Part shown: positions 40,892-51,500 of the stretch, piece after piece
How positions within the stretch are numbered: the stretch's first letter is position 1
Layout: each line of letters starts with the position of its first letter
Assembly (NCBI GenBank): GCA_934179675.1
Contig: CAKPQS010000002.1
Location: 752-64,751, forward strand
Length of the DNA: 64,000 nt
Reading direction: 5' to 3'
Source of the DNA: an uncultured Bacilli bacterium
GTDB taxonomy: Bacteria; Bacillota_I; Bacilli_A; RF39; UBA660
The notes under the pieces: generated by a model
The model's database searches: none
What the model was told of the DNA's origin: nothing
What the model saw: the letters and a program-made list of their open reading frames with translations, nothing else
Translations under genes and position numbers: made by a program

Positions 40892-41140
40892 ATGTTAATG
40901 AATTTTTCAGATAATTTTTTTAGAAGAGTAGAAAGGAAAACTAATGTTGATAAAGGAACAATATTAGATTTAGCTAAAAAATTACAAGAAACAGATTTAA
41001 AAAATGAAAATACATTAAGAGAAATAATACAAACATTAGGAAGTATGACAGGAAGAGAAATAAGTAAAGAAAGAGAAAATAAAATAATAAAAGCAGTTGT
41101 AAATGATGAAGTACCTAAAAATATTGATAAAATGATATAA
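40892..41140 (+). CDS. Small protein resembling stage VI sporulation protein F (SpoVIF/YjcC family).
   Basis: FFRRVERKTNVDKGTILDLAKKLQETDLKNENTLREIIQTLGSMTGREISKERENKIIKAV resembles SpoVIF (FFKNIEKKTGV...IRKIS..ANKPVSKEKEDKIV.AI). Assignment from memory. Confidence 0.4.
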   Translation: MLMNFSDNFFRRVERKTNVDKGTILDLAKKLQETDLKNENTLREIIQTLGSMTGREISKERENKIIKAVVNDEVPKNIDKMI

Positions 41141-41142
41141 CC

Positions 41143-41395
41143 TTGACTTTATCAGATATAAGTGATAAAATCATAGTCAAGAAAGCAATGATTATATCAA
41201 AGTAGTTATTTTAAGACTCTTACAGGAACAATAGATAACTGAGAACTATTGAGAAAGATAAAATAATGAATTTCAATATATGAGCTTTAACCGTTAAAAT
41301 GAGCGTTAATCATAAAGAGCCTTAAAAGGAATATGGGTGGTACCGCGGAATTATTCGTCCCATAATTTTGTGGCTCTTTTTTATTTTGAGGAGGA
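41143..41395 (+). promoter_or_regulatory. Promoter (TTGACT-17-TAAAAT) plus a Phe-specific T-box riboswitch leader with terminator for pheST.
   Basis: T-box sequence AATATGGGTGGTACCGCGG at ~41330-41348. Terminator AAAGAGCC...GGCTCTTTTTTATTTT. TTC in the specifier region AATTTCAAT. Confidence 0.8.
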
Positions 41396-41398
41396 AGT

Positions 41399-42436
41399 AT
41401 GAAAGAAGAACTAAAAATAATAAACTCTAAAATGTTAGATGAAATAAAAAATATAAACAACATTAAAGAATTAAATGAATTAAAAGTTGCATATCAAGGT
41501 AAAAAAGGCATAATAACAGAATTATTATCTAAAATGAAAGAATTACCAAATGAAGAAAAAAAAGAATATGGAATGCAGGTAAATGAATTAAGAAATAATT
41601 TTAATACAATATATGAAGAAAAAATGAAAGAATTAAATGAAAAAGAACTAAATGAAAAATTGGAAAAAGAAGCAATAGATGTTACATTACCAGCAACTAA
41701 AATTAAAACTGGAAGTCCTAATATATTAGAAAAAGTGATTGAAGAAATAGAAGAATTAATGATATCAATGGGATATGATGTTGTAGATGGTCCAGAAATA
41801 GAAGAAGATCATTATAATTTTGAATTATTAAATATTCCCAAAGGACATCCAGCAAGAGATGCTCAAGATACATTTTATTTAGAAGATGAAAAAATACTAT
41901 TAAGAAGTCAAACATCACCTGTTCAAGCAAGAGTAATGTTAGAAGGAAAAGGAAAAACACCAATTAGAGTAATATGTCCAGGAAAAACATATCGTAGAGA
42001 TGATGATGATGCTACACATTCTCATCAATTTATGCAAATAGAAGGATTATTAGTTGATAAAAATGTTAGCTTATGTGACCTAAAAGGTACATTTGATGTA
42101 ATTGCAAAAAAATTGTTTGGTGAAGATTGTACAACAAGATTTAGACCAAGCTACTATCAATTTACTGAACCATCAGTTGAAATGGATATAAGTTGTTTTG
42201 CATGTCATGGTAAAGGATGTTCGTTATGTAAAAATACTGGCTGGATAACAGTATCCGGAGCTGGAATGGTTCATCCAAATGTTTTAAGAAATTGTGGATA
42301 TGATCCAAAAGAATGGACTGGATTTGCTTTTGGTTTTGGAGCAGAACGATTAGCAATGTTAAAATATGGTATCAATGATATAAGAGTATTTTATAATACT
42401 GATCTAAGAGAATTAGAAAATTTTAGTAGGAGGTAA
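41399..42436 (+). CDS. pheS: Phenylalanyl-tRNA synthetase alpha subunit.
   Basis: Class II core (HPARDAQDTFY, FRPSYYQFTEPS, GAGMVHPNVL). Confidence 0.9.
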   Translation: MKEELKIINSKMLDEIKNINNIKELNELKVAYQGKKGIITELLSKMKELPNEEKKEYGMQVNELRNNFNTIYEEKMKELNEKELNEKLEKEAIDVTLPATKIKTGSPNILEKVIEEIEELMISMGYDVVDGPEIEEDHYNFELLNIPKGHPARDAQDTFYLEDEKILLRSQTSPVQARVMLEGKGKTPIRVICPGKTYRRDDDDATHSHQFMQIEGLLVDKNVSLCDLKGTFDVIAKKLFGEDCTTRFRPSYYQFTEPSVEMDISCFACHGKGCSLCKNTGWITVSGAGMVHPNVLRNCGYDPKEWTGFAFGFGAERLAMLKYGINDIRVFYNTDLRELENFSRR

Positions 42437-42439
42437 AAA

Positions 42440-44812
42440 ATGATTAGTTTAGAATGGTTAAATGATTATGTAGATATAGCAAATATTGATCCTAAAGACC
42501 TTGCAGAAAAAATAACTAAAGCAGGTGTTAATGTCGAAAAAATAATAACAAATCATATAAATAATCTAGTAATAGGTGAAGTAATAGAATGTGAAAATCA
42601 TCCAGATAGTGATCATTTACATATCTGTAAAGTAAATATTGGAAGTAAGATCTTACAAATAGTATGTGGAGCATCAAATGTCAGAGTTGGACTAAAAGTA
42701 ATAGTCGCACTTGAAGGAGCAATTTTACCAGGTAATTTTGAAATAAAAAAAGGAATTATTAGAGGTGTTGAATCTAATGGAATGTTATGCGCTTTATTTG
42801 AACTAGGTTTAGAAGAAAAAACAGAAGAAAATTATAATAAAGGTATTTGCGAATTAGATAAAGAAGCACCTGTTGGTATAGATCCATTTAAATACTTACA
42901 TTTAGATACAACACTATATGAACTTGATATTCATAAACACAGAAATAATGACTGTTTTTATCATATAGGCTTTGCTTATGAAGTAGGAGCAATTTTAAAT
43001 AGAAAAGTAAAATTACCAGATTTAACAATAAATGAAATAAAAGATGATATAAATAAGTATTTTAGTTTAAAAATTGAAACTAAAAAATGTCCTTACTATT
43101 TAGCACGCATGGTAAAAGATGTTGAAATAAAAGAATCACCAGATTTTATCAAAAAAAGATTAATTGATGCAGGAATGAGACCAATAAATAATGTTGTTGA
43201 TATATCTAATTATGTTATGTTAGAATATGGACAACCATTACATTTTTTTGATAAAAATAAATTAGGTAATAATATAATAGTAAGAGATGCTTATGACAAT
43301 GAAAAAATTATAACATTAGATGAAAAAGAAAGAGTTTTAGATCATAATGATATCGTTATAACAGATGGAATTAAACCAGTTGCCATAGCAGGTGTAATGG
43401 GTGGATTAAATACAGATGTTGATGAAAATACCAAAGATATTTTAATTGAAAGTGCTATATTTGATGGTGTTAGTATAAGATATACATCAAATAAATTAAA
43501 CTTAAAAAGTGAAGCATCTATTAGATATGGTAAAGGTTTAAACTACGAATATACAAAAGATGCTATTGAAAGAGCATGTCATTTATTAGAACAATATGCA
43601 AATGCTAAAATATTATCAGGTATAGTAAAATATGATAATATTGACAAAACACCAAAAATAGTAACATTTGATGTAAGTGATGTTAATAAGATGTTAGGTA
43701 TTGATATATCTAAAGAAAATATGGAAAAAGAATTTACAAGATTAGGCTTTGCTTATAAATTAAATGATAATACATTTACAATTACAATTCCAAATAGAAG
43801 ACTAGATATAGAAGCAAATGTAAATGATATTGCTGAAGAAATTGGTAGATTATATGGATATCATAATTTAGTTGGTACCTTACCTTCATTAGGCCTAAAA
43901 AAAGGTGAATATAAAGGTGATTTAAAATTAAGAAAAGATTTAAGTAAGCATCTTCGAAGTCTTAATTTAAATGAAGTTAAAACATATACTTTAGTTTCAC
44001 CAGAAATGGCTCAATTATTTAATTATGAAAATAAAGAAAAAGCTATTTTACCTAATCCAATGAGTATTGATAAAAGTGTTGTTAGAACAACTTTAATACC
44101 ATCATTATTAAATATTTATGAATATAATAAAGCTAGAAAAGTAAATGATATTTTGATTTATGAAATATCAAAAACTTATGATAAAGAATACAAAGAAGAT
44201 GTAAAATTAAGCATTTTAATGAAAGGAAATTATATATCCAATGATTGGATGAATAGTAAAATAAAAATTGATTTCTATTTAATTAAAGGAATAATTGAAA
44301 ATATATTAAATTATTTAGGATTTAAAAATAGATATTCATTTGATAAAGAATTAATTAATAATTTACATAATGGTATAAGTGCTTCTATTTCTGTTGATAG
44401 AGAAAAAGTAGGTATAATTGGTAGAATTCATCCAACAATTACTAAAGATGATGTTTATGTATGTGAAATATCTCTAACAAAATTAAATAAACCAGTTAAA
44501 CCAATCAAATATAAAGAATCATCTAAATATCCTGAAATTAAAAAAGATGTTGCTTTTGTTGTAAATAAAGATATTTTATCTAAAGATATTGTAGAATGTA
44601 TTAAAAAAGCAGGTGGAAGACTTTTAAATAATATTGATGTATTTGATGTTTATATGGGCGAAAATATAAGTATAAATGAAAAGTCTATCGCCTATACTTT
44701 AACATTTAAAGATGAAAGTAGAACTTTAAATGATGAAGAAGTAAATATTATATTTAGAAATATAATAGATAAAGTAACTGAAAAATTTAAAGCCCAAATA
44801 AGAGACAAGTAG
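42440..44812 (+). CDS. pheT: Phenylalanyl-tRNA synthetase beta subunit.
   Basis: 790 aa; tRNA-binding OB domain, B3/B4, B5, FDX-ACB domains. Confidence 0.9.
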   Translation: MISLEWLNDYVDIANIDPKDLAEKITKAGVNVEKIITNHINNLVIGEVIECENHPDSDHLHICKVNIGSKILQIVCGASNVRVGLKVIVALEGAILPGNFEIKKGIIRGVESNGMLCALFELGLEEKTEENYNKGICELDKEAPVGIDPFKYLHLDTTLYELDIHKHRNNDCFYHIGFAYEVGAILNRKVKLPDLTINEIKDDINKYFSLKIETKKCPYYLARMVKDVEIKESPDFIKKRLIDAGMRPINNVVDISNYVMLEYGQPLHFFDKNKLGNNIIVRDAYDNEKIITLDEKERVLDHNDIVITDGIKPVAIAGVMGGLNTDVDENTKDILIESAIFDGVSIRYTSNKLNLKSEASIRYGKGLNYEYTKDAIERACHLLEQYANAKILSGIVKYDNIDKTPKIVTFDVSDVNKMLGIDISKENMEKEFTRLGFAYKLNDNTFTITIPNRRLDIEANVNDIAEEIGRLYGYHNLVGTLPSLGLKKGEYKGDLKLRKDLSKHLRSLNLNEVKTYTLVSPEMAQLFNYENKEKAILPNPMSIDKSVVRTTLIPSLLNIYEYNKARKVNDILIYEISKTYDKEYKEDVKLSILMKGNYISNDWMNSKIKIDFYLIKGIIENILNYLGFKNRYSFDKELINNLHNGISASISVDREKVGIIGRIHPTITKDDVYVCEISLTKLNKPVKPIKYKESSKYPEIKKDVAFVVNKDILSKDIVECIKKAGGRLLNNIDVFDVYMGENISINEKSIAYTLTFKDESRTLNDEEVNIIFRNIIDKVTEKFKAQIRDK

Positions 44813-44846
44813 AAATACTTGTTTTTTATATCCAAAACAATGTATA

Positions 44847-45668
44847 ATGGAATTAGAGGTAGTATGTATGATAATAATGGGAAAATATGTTGGATTTTGT
44901 AAAGGAGTAGAAAATTCTGTTAATAAAACAATAGAAATTTTGAAAAAATATAAAAAAGTATATGCTCTTGGTATGCTTGTACATAATGAAAATGTTGTTA
45001 AAGAACTAGAAAATGAAGGTATCATATTTGTTGATTCGATTAATGATGTACCAAATAATTCACATTTAATTTTTAGAGTTCATGGTGTAAGTAAAGAAAT
45101 ATATGAACAAGCAAAAAATAAAAATTTAATAATTCATGATTTAACTTGCCCAAATGTTTTAAAAATTCATAAAATTGTTCAAGAATTAAATGATAAAGGA
45201 TATTATATAATATTATGTGGAAATGCTAATCATCCAGAATCAATTGGTACCATAAGTTTTTGTAATGGTATTGTTACAGAAAATATAGAAAATATTGTAA
45301 TACCAGAAGAAAAACCAGTTGCTCTATTATGCCAAACAACAATAAGTATCGAAAAATTTACAAAAATTAAGAACTATTTATTAAATATAAAACCAAATAT
45401 ATTAATTTATAATACTATTTGTAGTGCTACTAAAAAAAGAGAAGAAGAAGTAATGGAATTATCAAAAATGGTTGATAATTTACTAGTGCTTGGTTCAAGT
45501 AAAAGCTCAAATACTAAAAAATTAATTGAAGTTTCTAAATGTAAAAATACTTATTTAGTAGATGATGTTGATAAATTTAATATTGAATTAACTGGAAAAA
45601 TAGGTATTGTGACAGGTGCAAGTACTGATATTAAAGATGCCATTAAATTGCGAGGTAAATATGAATAA
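44847..45668 (+). CDS. ispH: 4-hydroxy-3-methylbut-2-enyl diphosphate reductase IspH (LytB). The 5' end is uncertain.
   Basis: FCKGV, HN.NV, RVHGV, LTCPNV, LLCQTT, NTICSAT, LVLGSSKSSNT motifs. Confidence 0.75.
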   Translation: MELEVVCMIIMGKYVGFCKGVENSVNKTIEILKKYKKVYALGMLVHNENVVKELENEGIIFVDSINDVPNNSHLIFRVHGVSKEIYEQAKNKNLIIHDLTCPNVLKIHKIVQELNDKGYYIILCGNANHPESIGTISFCNGIVTENIENIVIPEEKPVALLCQTTISIEKFTKIKNYLLNIKPNILIYNTICSATKKREEEVMELSKMVDNLLVLGSSKSSNTKKLIEVSKCKNTYLVDDVDKFNIELTGKIGIVTGASTDIKDAIKLRGKYE

Positions 45669-46278
45669 AAAAGAAAAAAATAAAATATTATTTGAAGATA
45701 TTTTATATGAATTATTAAATCCATTAAAAAAAATATATTATAAAATAATTAATAAATATTTAAAAATAAAATATAAAAATAAAACTAATATATTTGAATA
45801 TAAAAATAAATTATATTATAAAAATGATAATATATTTTTATATCAAAATTATAGTACATTATTTTCAGCAATTTTTTTTGCTCCAACATATCATTATTCT
45901 GTAAAAAACAAAATATTTCATGAACATGATTTTGAAACAGTTTTAAGAAGTTTATATTTTTATCCTGAATCATTTAAAATATTAGATGAAAATAAAGAAG
46001 AATATTCAAAACAGGAATTAAATTTTATTGATAATATAAAACAAGAATTAATTAAAATGGAATATAAGGATTGTGAAAAAGATAATGAACCTATATACGA
46101 AGAATATTTAAAAAGAAATTGTCAAAAAAATTATAAAAATGCTTATTATTATAATTTATATATGAATAATAAAGATGAATTGGAAAAAGAAAAAACAAAA
46201 AGAAAAATAATTTTAAAAATAGTATTTATTGTTATTATATTATGTTTAATAATTTTTTTAATATTACAAAATAATTAA
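45661..46278 (+). CDS. Lys/Asn/Tyr-rich hypothetical protein with a C-terminal TM anchor.
   Basis: ORF with ATG overlapping the ispH stop; C-terminal ILKIVFIVIILCLIIFLIL. Confidence 0.35.
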   Translation: MNKKEKNKILFEDILYELLNPLKKIYYKIINKYLKIKYKNKTNIFEYKNKLYYKNDNIFLYQNYSTLFSAIFFAPTYHYSVKNKIFHEHDFETVLRSLYFYPESFKILDENKEEYSKQELNFIDNIKQELIKMEYKDCEKDNEPIYEEYLKRNCQKNYKNAYYYNLYMNNKDELEKEKTKRKIILKIVFIVIILCLIIFLILQNN

Positions 46279-46349
46279 TGTAAAATTTACTAAAAATAAA
46301 GACTAATATTTATAAATATGTTATAATTTAATAGAAAGGAGTAGATAAA

Positions 46350-46757
46350 ATGGAATATTTCGATGCAATAGACTTAATATCATCTGATAAAACAATAACA
46401 GCATCATTTGTATGGATTATAATGTCTGTATTTGTTGCGTTAATTGGCGGAATCGCACTTTATTTTTGTTTTACTGATAAAGAATTTCGTAAAAAATTAA
46501 ATGGAAAAGCTAAAAAAATAGTTGAATTTTTGTCATTCGAAAAAAATATTTTAGTACCAGCATTAAAAATATCTTATTTGGTATTAACGATATTTATAAC
46601 ACTATTTTCTATTATGCTAATAAGAGTAAGCTTTTTCTCATTTTTAACAACTCTAATATTTGGTAATTTATCTATTAGAATAGCTTACGAAATGATTATG
46701 TTATTTGTTAATTTAACAAAAAATGTTAAAGATATTAAGAAAGGATTAAGGAAATAG
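46350..46757 (+). CDS. Small polytopic membrane protein, hypothetical.
   Basis: Three or four predicted TM helices. Confidence 0.35.
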   Translation: MEYFDAIDLISSDKTITASFVWIIMSVFVALIGGIALYFCFTDKEFRKKLNGKAKKIVEFLSFEKNILVPALKISYLVLTIFITLFSIMLIRVSFFSFLTTLIFGNLSIRIAYEMIMLFVNLTKNVKDIKKGLRK

Positions 46758-46779
46758 TAAACTATTTCTTTTTGAAAAT

Positions 46780-47325
46780 ATGAAAGAATTAGAAACAGAA
46801 CGATTAATTTTAAGAAAAATTGAATTATCTGATGCAGAAGAAATGTTTAATAACTGGTGCAATGATAAAGAAGTATGTAAATATTTACCTTGGAATGTTC
46901 ATGAAAATATTGAAGTAACATATAACCTTGTTAATTTTTGGATAAATGAATACCAAAATGAAGATACATACAGATGGATGGTTGTATTAAAAAAAACAAA
47001 TGAATGTTTAGGAACAATTGATATTGTAAAACAAGATAAAATAAATAAAGTCTATGAAATAGGGTATTGTTACAAAAAAAGTGCTTGGGGACATGGTTTT
47101 GGAACTGAAGCTTTAAAAAGAGTTATAAAATTTTTGTTTGAAGATATAAAAGCAGAACTAGTATGCGCAAAACATTATGAAAATAATATTGGAAGTTATA
47201 AAGTAATGGAAAAATCAGGAATGAAAGTAGATTGTCTTTTGCGTTCTCGAGTAATATTTGAAGGCAAGAGAATAGGTGAACTTTATCACTCAATAACAAA
47301 ACAAGAATATGAGGAAAATTTATGA
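46780..47325 (+). CDS. GNAT-family N-acetyltransferase (RimJ/RimL-like).
   Basis: TERLILRKIELSDAEEMFNNW...GTIDI...GYCYKKSAWGHGFGTEALK. Confidence 0.7.
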   Translation: MKELETERLILRKIELSDAEEMFNNWCNDKEVCKYLPWNVHENIEVTYNLVNFWINEYQNEDTYRWMVVLKKTNECLGTIDIVKQDKINKVYEIGYCYKKSAWGHGFGTEALKRVIKFLFEDIKAELVCAKHYENNIGSYKVMEKSGMKVDCLLRSRVIFEGKRIGELYHSITKQEYEENL

Positions 47326-48332
47326 CAATAATTATACCTGCATATAATCCAGATTATCATTTATTAAAAGTTGTAGATGAATTAAAAAACTATAAAATTA
47401 TTGTAGTAGATGATGGTAGTACATCAAAAGAAATATTTAAAAAATTAAAAAATGTAATCCTTTTAAAACATGATATTAATTATGGAAAAGGCAAAGCAAT
47501 GAAAACAGCAATGGAATATGTTTATAAAAATAATTTAGATGATGGCATTATTTTTGTTGATGCTGATGGTCAACATAAAACGAATGATATCAAAAAAATA
47601 ATTAATATTTTTAATAGAAATAAAGATTCATTAATATTAGGTGTAAGAACATTTAGTAAAGATGTTCCTTTTAAATCAAGAATGGGCAACAAAATAACTA
47701 AATATTTATTTAGATTATTTACAGGTAAAAACGTATCAGATACTCAAACAGGCCTTAGAGCAATTAATACTAGCTATATTCCATATTTATTAAAAATAGA
47801 AGGAAATAGATATGAATATGAAATGAATATGCTATTATCAGTTGTTTCCAAAAAAATAAATATAATTGAAGTTCCAATTGAAACTGTATATGAAGATGAA
47901 AAAAATTCAACATCGCATTTTAAAGTAATAAGAGATTCTTTTCTAATTTATAAAAATTTTTTAAAATTTATATTATCAGGTATTATATGTTTTATAATTG
48001 ATTATATTAGTTTTATATTACTAATGCATTTATTTAAAAATACACCATCAAATATATTTTTATGTAATTTACTTGCACGATTAATAAGTGGAACATGTAA
48101 CTATAATATTAATAAAAATTTTGTTTTTAATTCAAATAATAAAAGTGTTAAAGAATACATAATGTTATCAACAGGAGTAATTTTAATAAACAGTTTAATT
48201 TTGAATATATTTATAAGTAAATTAAAAATAAATATTTATTTAGCAAAAATACTAATAGAAATAATACTATTTATAGTTAATTTTATAATTCAAAATAATG
48301 TTATATTTAAAGAAAAAAGGAGGAAAATATGA
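47322..48332 (+). CDS. Family-2 glycosyltransferase (GtrB/CsbB-like polyprenyl-phosphate sugar transferase) fused to a C-terminal GtrA-like 4-TM flippase-associated domain.
   Basis: IIIPAYNP...VVDDGST...FVDADGQH (GT2 DxD) followed by four TM helices. Confidence 0.7.
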   Translation: MTIIIPAYNPDYHLLKVVDELKNYKIIVVDDGSTSKEIFKKLKNVILLKHDINYGKGKAMKTAMEYVYKNNLDDGIIFVDADGQHKTNDIKKIINIFNRNKDSLILGVRTFSKDVPFKSRMGNKITKYLFRLFTGKNVSDTQTGLRAINTSYIPYLLKIEGNRYEYEMNMLLSVVSKKINIIEVPIETVYEDEKNSTSHFKVIRDSFLIYKNFLKFILSGIICFIIDYISFILLMHLFKNTPSNIFLCNLLARLISGTCNYNINKNFVFNSNNKSVKEYIMLSTGVILINSLILNIFISKLKINIYLAKILIEIILFIVNFIIQNNVIFKEKRRKI

Positions 48333-49213
48333 CACTAGTTATAATGGCTGCTGGAATGGGAAGTAGATTTGGTGGTTTAAAACAAATTGAACCAATGGAT
48401 CAATATGGAAATTTTATAATTGATTATTCCATTTATGATGCTATAAAAGCAGGATATAATAAAGTAGTATTTATAATTAAAAAGGAAAACTATGATATTT
48501 TTAGGGAAACAATCGGTAAAAGAATAGAAAATAAAATAAAAGTAGAATATGTTTTTCAAGAATTAACAAATTTACCTAAAGGTTATAGTGTTCCAGAAGA
48601 AAGAGTTAAACCTTATGGAACAGCACATGCTATATTATGTGCTAAAGATAAAGTAAATGAATCATTTACAATTATAAATTCTGATGATTTTTATGGTTTA
48701 GATGCTTATATAAAAGCAAGTTCATTTATTAAAGAAAATAAAAATAATTATGCCATTATAGGATATAAAGTAAAAAATACTATAACAGAAAATGGAAATG
48801 TTAAAAGAGGAGTATGTAAAATTGAAAATGGTTTTGTTACACAATTAATAGAATCAGAAATAGAATATAAAAATGGTAAATATATTGCTTATCCACTTGA
48901 TGGTAGTACTTCATTTGAAATAAATGAAGATACGATTGTATCAATGAATATGTTTACATTTACACCTAAAATATTTGCATATTTAGAAAAAGAATTCCCA
49001 ATATTTTTAGATAAAAATAATAATAATTTAAAAAGTGAATTTTTAATACCTGATTTAGTATTTAAACAAATAAAAATGGAAAATATTAAAGTAGAAGTTA
49101 TTGAAACAGATGCTAGATGGTTAGGTGTTACTTATAAAGAAGATAAAGAAAATGTTGTTGCAAGTTTAAGAAAATTAGTAGATAATGGTGAATATAAGAA
49201 AGGACTATGGTAA
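48329..49213 (+). CDS. Sugar-phosphate nucleotidyltransferase family protein (IspD/TarI/LicC-like fold).
   Basis: N-terminal VIMAAGMGSRFGGLKQ motif; translationally coupled to the GT2 gene. Confidence 0.5.
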   Translation: MTLVIMAAGMGSRFGGLKQIEPMDQYGNFIIDYSIYDAIKAGYNKVVFIIKKENYDIFRETIGKRIENKIKVEYVFQELTNLPKGYSVPEERVKPYGTAHAILCAKDKVNESFTIINSDDFYGLDAYIKASSFIKENKNNYAIIGYKVKNTITENGNVKRGVCKIENGFVTQLIESEIEYKNGKYIAYPLDGSTSFEINEDTIVSMNMFTFTPKIFAYLEKEFPIFLDKNNNNLKSEFLIPDLVFKQIKMENIKVEVIETDARWLGVTYKEDKENVVASLRKLVDNGEYKKGLW

Positions 49214-49264
49214 TCCTTTCTTTACTTTTGTCAAAAAAACATATATAATGAATATGGTGATAAA

Positions 49265-49807
49265 ATGAAAAGGGTGTTTTCCATAGTAATAAGTTTTATA
49301 TTTGGTATAGTATTATTGTTTTTTATTACGGGTATATCATTTAAGGTATATAATATAAATGATTTTAATAGTATGATTACATTGATGAGTAATAATTTAA
49401 ATATAAATAAAATTAATATGGATTTTATTTATAAACAAGCATTTATGAATATAAATTTTATAATATTTATAGCATTGTTTATATTAGTAACTTTGATAAA
49501 CATTAAAAATAAATTTTATAGTTCATTTAAATATATAGGATCATCTGCATTAATAAGTAGTTCATTTATATTAATAGGGGGAATATTCTTTGATAAAATA
49601 ACATCAATGCTAGATAAAAATGTTGCCATTATTTTAAATAGTAATCGTATAGGATTTTTAAATTCAATAAATAGAAAAGGTATTTTATTTTTAATGTTAG
49701 GATTTTTATTAATTATTTTATATTCTGTTATAGATACATTATATGAAAAATACAAAAATAAAAAAATAGTAAATGATACTATAGAACTTATAGAAGAAAC
49801 TAAATAA
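49265..49807 (+). CDS. Hypothetical polytopic membrane protein.
   Basis: Four predicted TM helices. Confidence 0.35.
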   Translation: MKRVFSIVISFIFGIVLLFFITGISFKVYNINDFNSMITLMSNNLNINKINMDFIYKQAFMNINFIIFIALFILVTLINIKNKFYSSFKYIGSSALISSSFILIGGIFFDKITSMLDKNVAIILNSNRIGFLNSINRKGILFLMLGFLLIILYSVIDTLYEKYKNKKIVNDTIELIEETK

Positions 49808-49823
49808 AAATATTAAATTAATT

Positions 49824-49861
49824 GAAGAAATTAACTATTTTTATTAATTTCTTCTTTTTAA
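49824..49861 (+). terminator. Rho-independent terminator (GAAGAAATTAA-ctatttttat-TTAATTTCTTC plus T-run).
   Basis: 11-bp perfect inverted repeat followed by TTTTTAATT. Confidence 0.7.
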
Positions 49862-49961
49862 TTGAATCCTAAAATTAAAACATCACGATTATATTTTTTT
49901 GCGCTAATCAAATATTGAAAAAAACATATAAAAAGTGTATAATATAAAAAGTGGTGAGAAA

Positions 49962-51422
49962 ATGAAAATAGTAAAATATATAATAATTGGTGTATTTACT
50001 GTATTACTTGCATGTATTCCATTTATCAGTAAAAGTATGCCATCATCAAGAAATCCCTATACATACTACCGAGTTTATTATGATGGCGAATTACTAGGAA
50101 CAATAAAATCAGAAGAAGAATTATTAAATTATATAGATAAAAATAATCAAGAATATAAGAATAAATATGGTATTACAACAGTATATAAACCCAATGATTT
50201 ATTAATAAAATCATATAAAACATATGAAAGTATTGTTGATGATACATTAGATATTTATAAAAAAATAGAAAATTTAGCAAGCTTTACATTAAAAGGATAT
50301 GAATTTTCAATAATAAATGGCGAAAATACGGATATTATATACGTATTAGATGAAAAAGTATTCAATGATGCAATAGAAACAGTTATCAAAACATTTGTTA
50401 ACGAAAAAGATTATGAAGATTATAAAAAAGGAAATACTAGTAAAGCAAGTAGAATAGATAACGTTTATGTTAAAGAAAATATTAATTATAAAGAAGTATA
50501 TATCCCCATAAATGAAAAAATATATACAGATTCAGTTGATTTAGCATCTCATTTATTATATGGAGATGAACCAAATGTTAAAAAATATAAAGTTAAATTA
50601 GGTGATACAATTGAAAGCGTATCATTTGCAAACGAAATAAGTACAGGCGACTTTTTAATCGCTAATCCCGAATATAGCAGTGCCAATAATTTATTAGCAG
50701 TTGGTTCAAATGTAACTATTAAACCATTAAAACCATCAATAAATGTAGTTGTTGAAAAAGTTGAAACAACTGAAGATAGCAAAGATTATAAAGTTGAAAC
50801 AACTTATGATGAACAAAAAAATCAACAATACTATAGAGTACTTCGTAAGGGCGAAAACGGATATGAAAGAGTAACCAGAAGAATAGAAACAATTAATGGT
50901 GTTGATACCTATGCATTAACATTATCAAAAGAAGAATTAAAACCATCTATTTCGCAAATAGATGTTAAAGGAAGTAAAGTAGTTTCTCGTGTTGGTGGAT
51001 ATAACTGGGGATGGCCAACAGAAAGTGGTTATTATATAAGCGATAGATATCGATATCGTTATAATCCAGTTTACGGATACTATGAACATCATACAGGCTT
51101 AGATATAACAGGAACAGGATGTTATTCCGAAATATATGCTGCCAATAATGGTGAAGTTATAATGGCAACAAATGTTGATAATGGAGGCTATGGTAAATTT
51201 GCAGTTATCAATCATCATAATGGTTATAGTACTTTATATGGCCACATGGTAAAAGTTGTCGTAAATGTTGGCGATGTTGTTGAAAAAGGACAAGTAATAG
51301 GTTATATGGGATCAACAGGTATTTCAACAGGCTGTCATTTACACTTTGAAGTATGGAGTGGATATCCATGGACAAATGGCCATCGATTAAATCCAAATGT
51401 AATATCAACTTATAATAGATAA
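49962..51422 (+). CDS. Membrane-anchored M23 family peptidoglycan endopeptidase.
   Basis: N-terminal TM. C-terminal HTGLDI...YGHM...GQVIGYMGSTGISTGCHLHFEV. Consensus promoter TTGAAA-17-TATAAT upstream. Confidence 0.75.
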   Translation: MKIVKYIIIGVFTVLLACIPFISKSMPSSRNPYTYYRVYYDGELLGTIKSEEELLNYIDKNNQEYKNKYGITTVYKPNDLLIKSYKTYESIVDDTLDIYKKIENLASFTLKGYEFSIINGENTDIIYVLDEKVFNDAIETVIKTFVNEKDYEDYKKGNTSKASRIDNVYVKENINYKEVYIPINEKIYTDSVDLASHLLYGDEPNVKKYKVKLGDTIESVSFANEISTGDFLIANPEYSSANNLLAVGSNVTIKPLKPSINVVVEKVETTEDSKDYKVETTYDEQKNQQYYRVLRKGENGYERVTRRIETINGVDTYALTLSKEELKPSISQIDVKGSKVVSRVGGYNWGWPTESGYYISDRYRYRYNPVYGYYEHHTGLDITGTGCYSEIYAANNGEVIMATNVDNGGYGKFAVINHHNGYSTLYGHMVKVVVNVGDVVEKGQVIGYMGSTGISTGCHLHFEVWSGYPWTNGHRLNPNVISTYNR

Positions 51423-51500
51423 ATAATCATATTTATCTATTTTTTTAATAAATTGACTTCTAAAAATATATATGCTAAACTTTATATGAAAGGTGAGAAT

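Noticed and set aside
44847-49213. Considered whether ispH plus the nucleotidyltransferase (possibly IspD-like) mark an isoprenoid (MEP) operon.
   Set aside because: The nucleotidyltransferase is 294 aa and is translationally coupled to a GT2/GtrA gene, which fits a glycosylation role better. No other MEP genes are adjacent.
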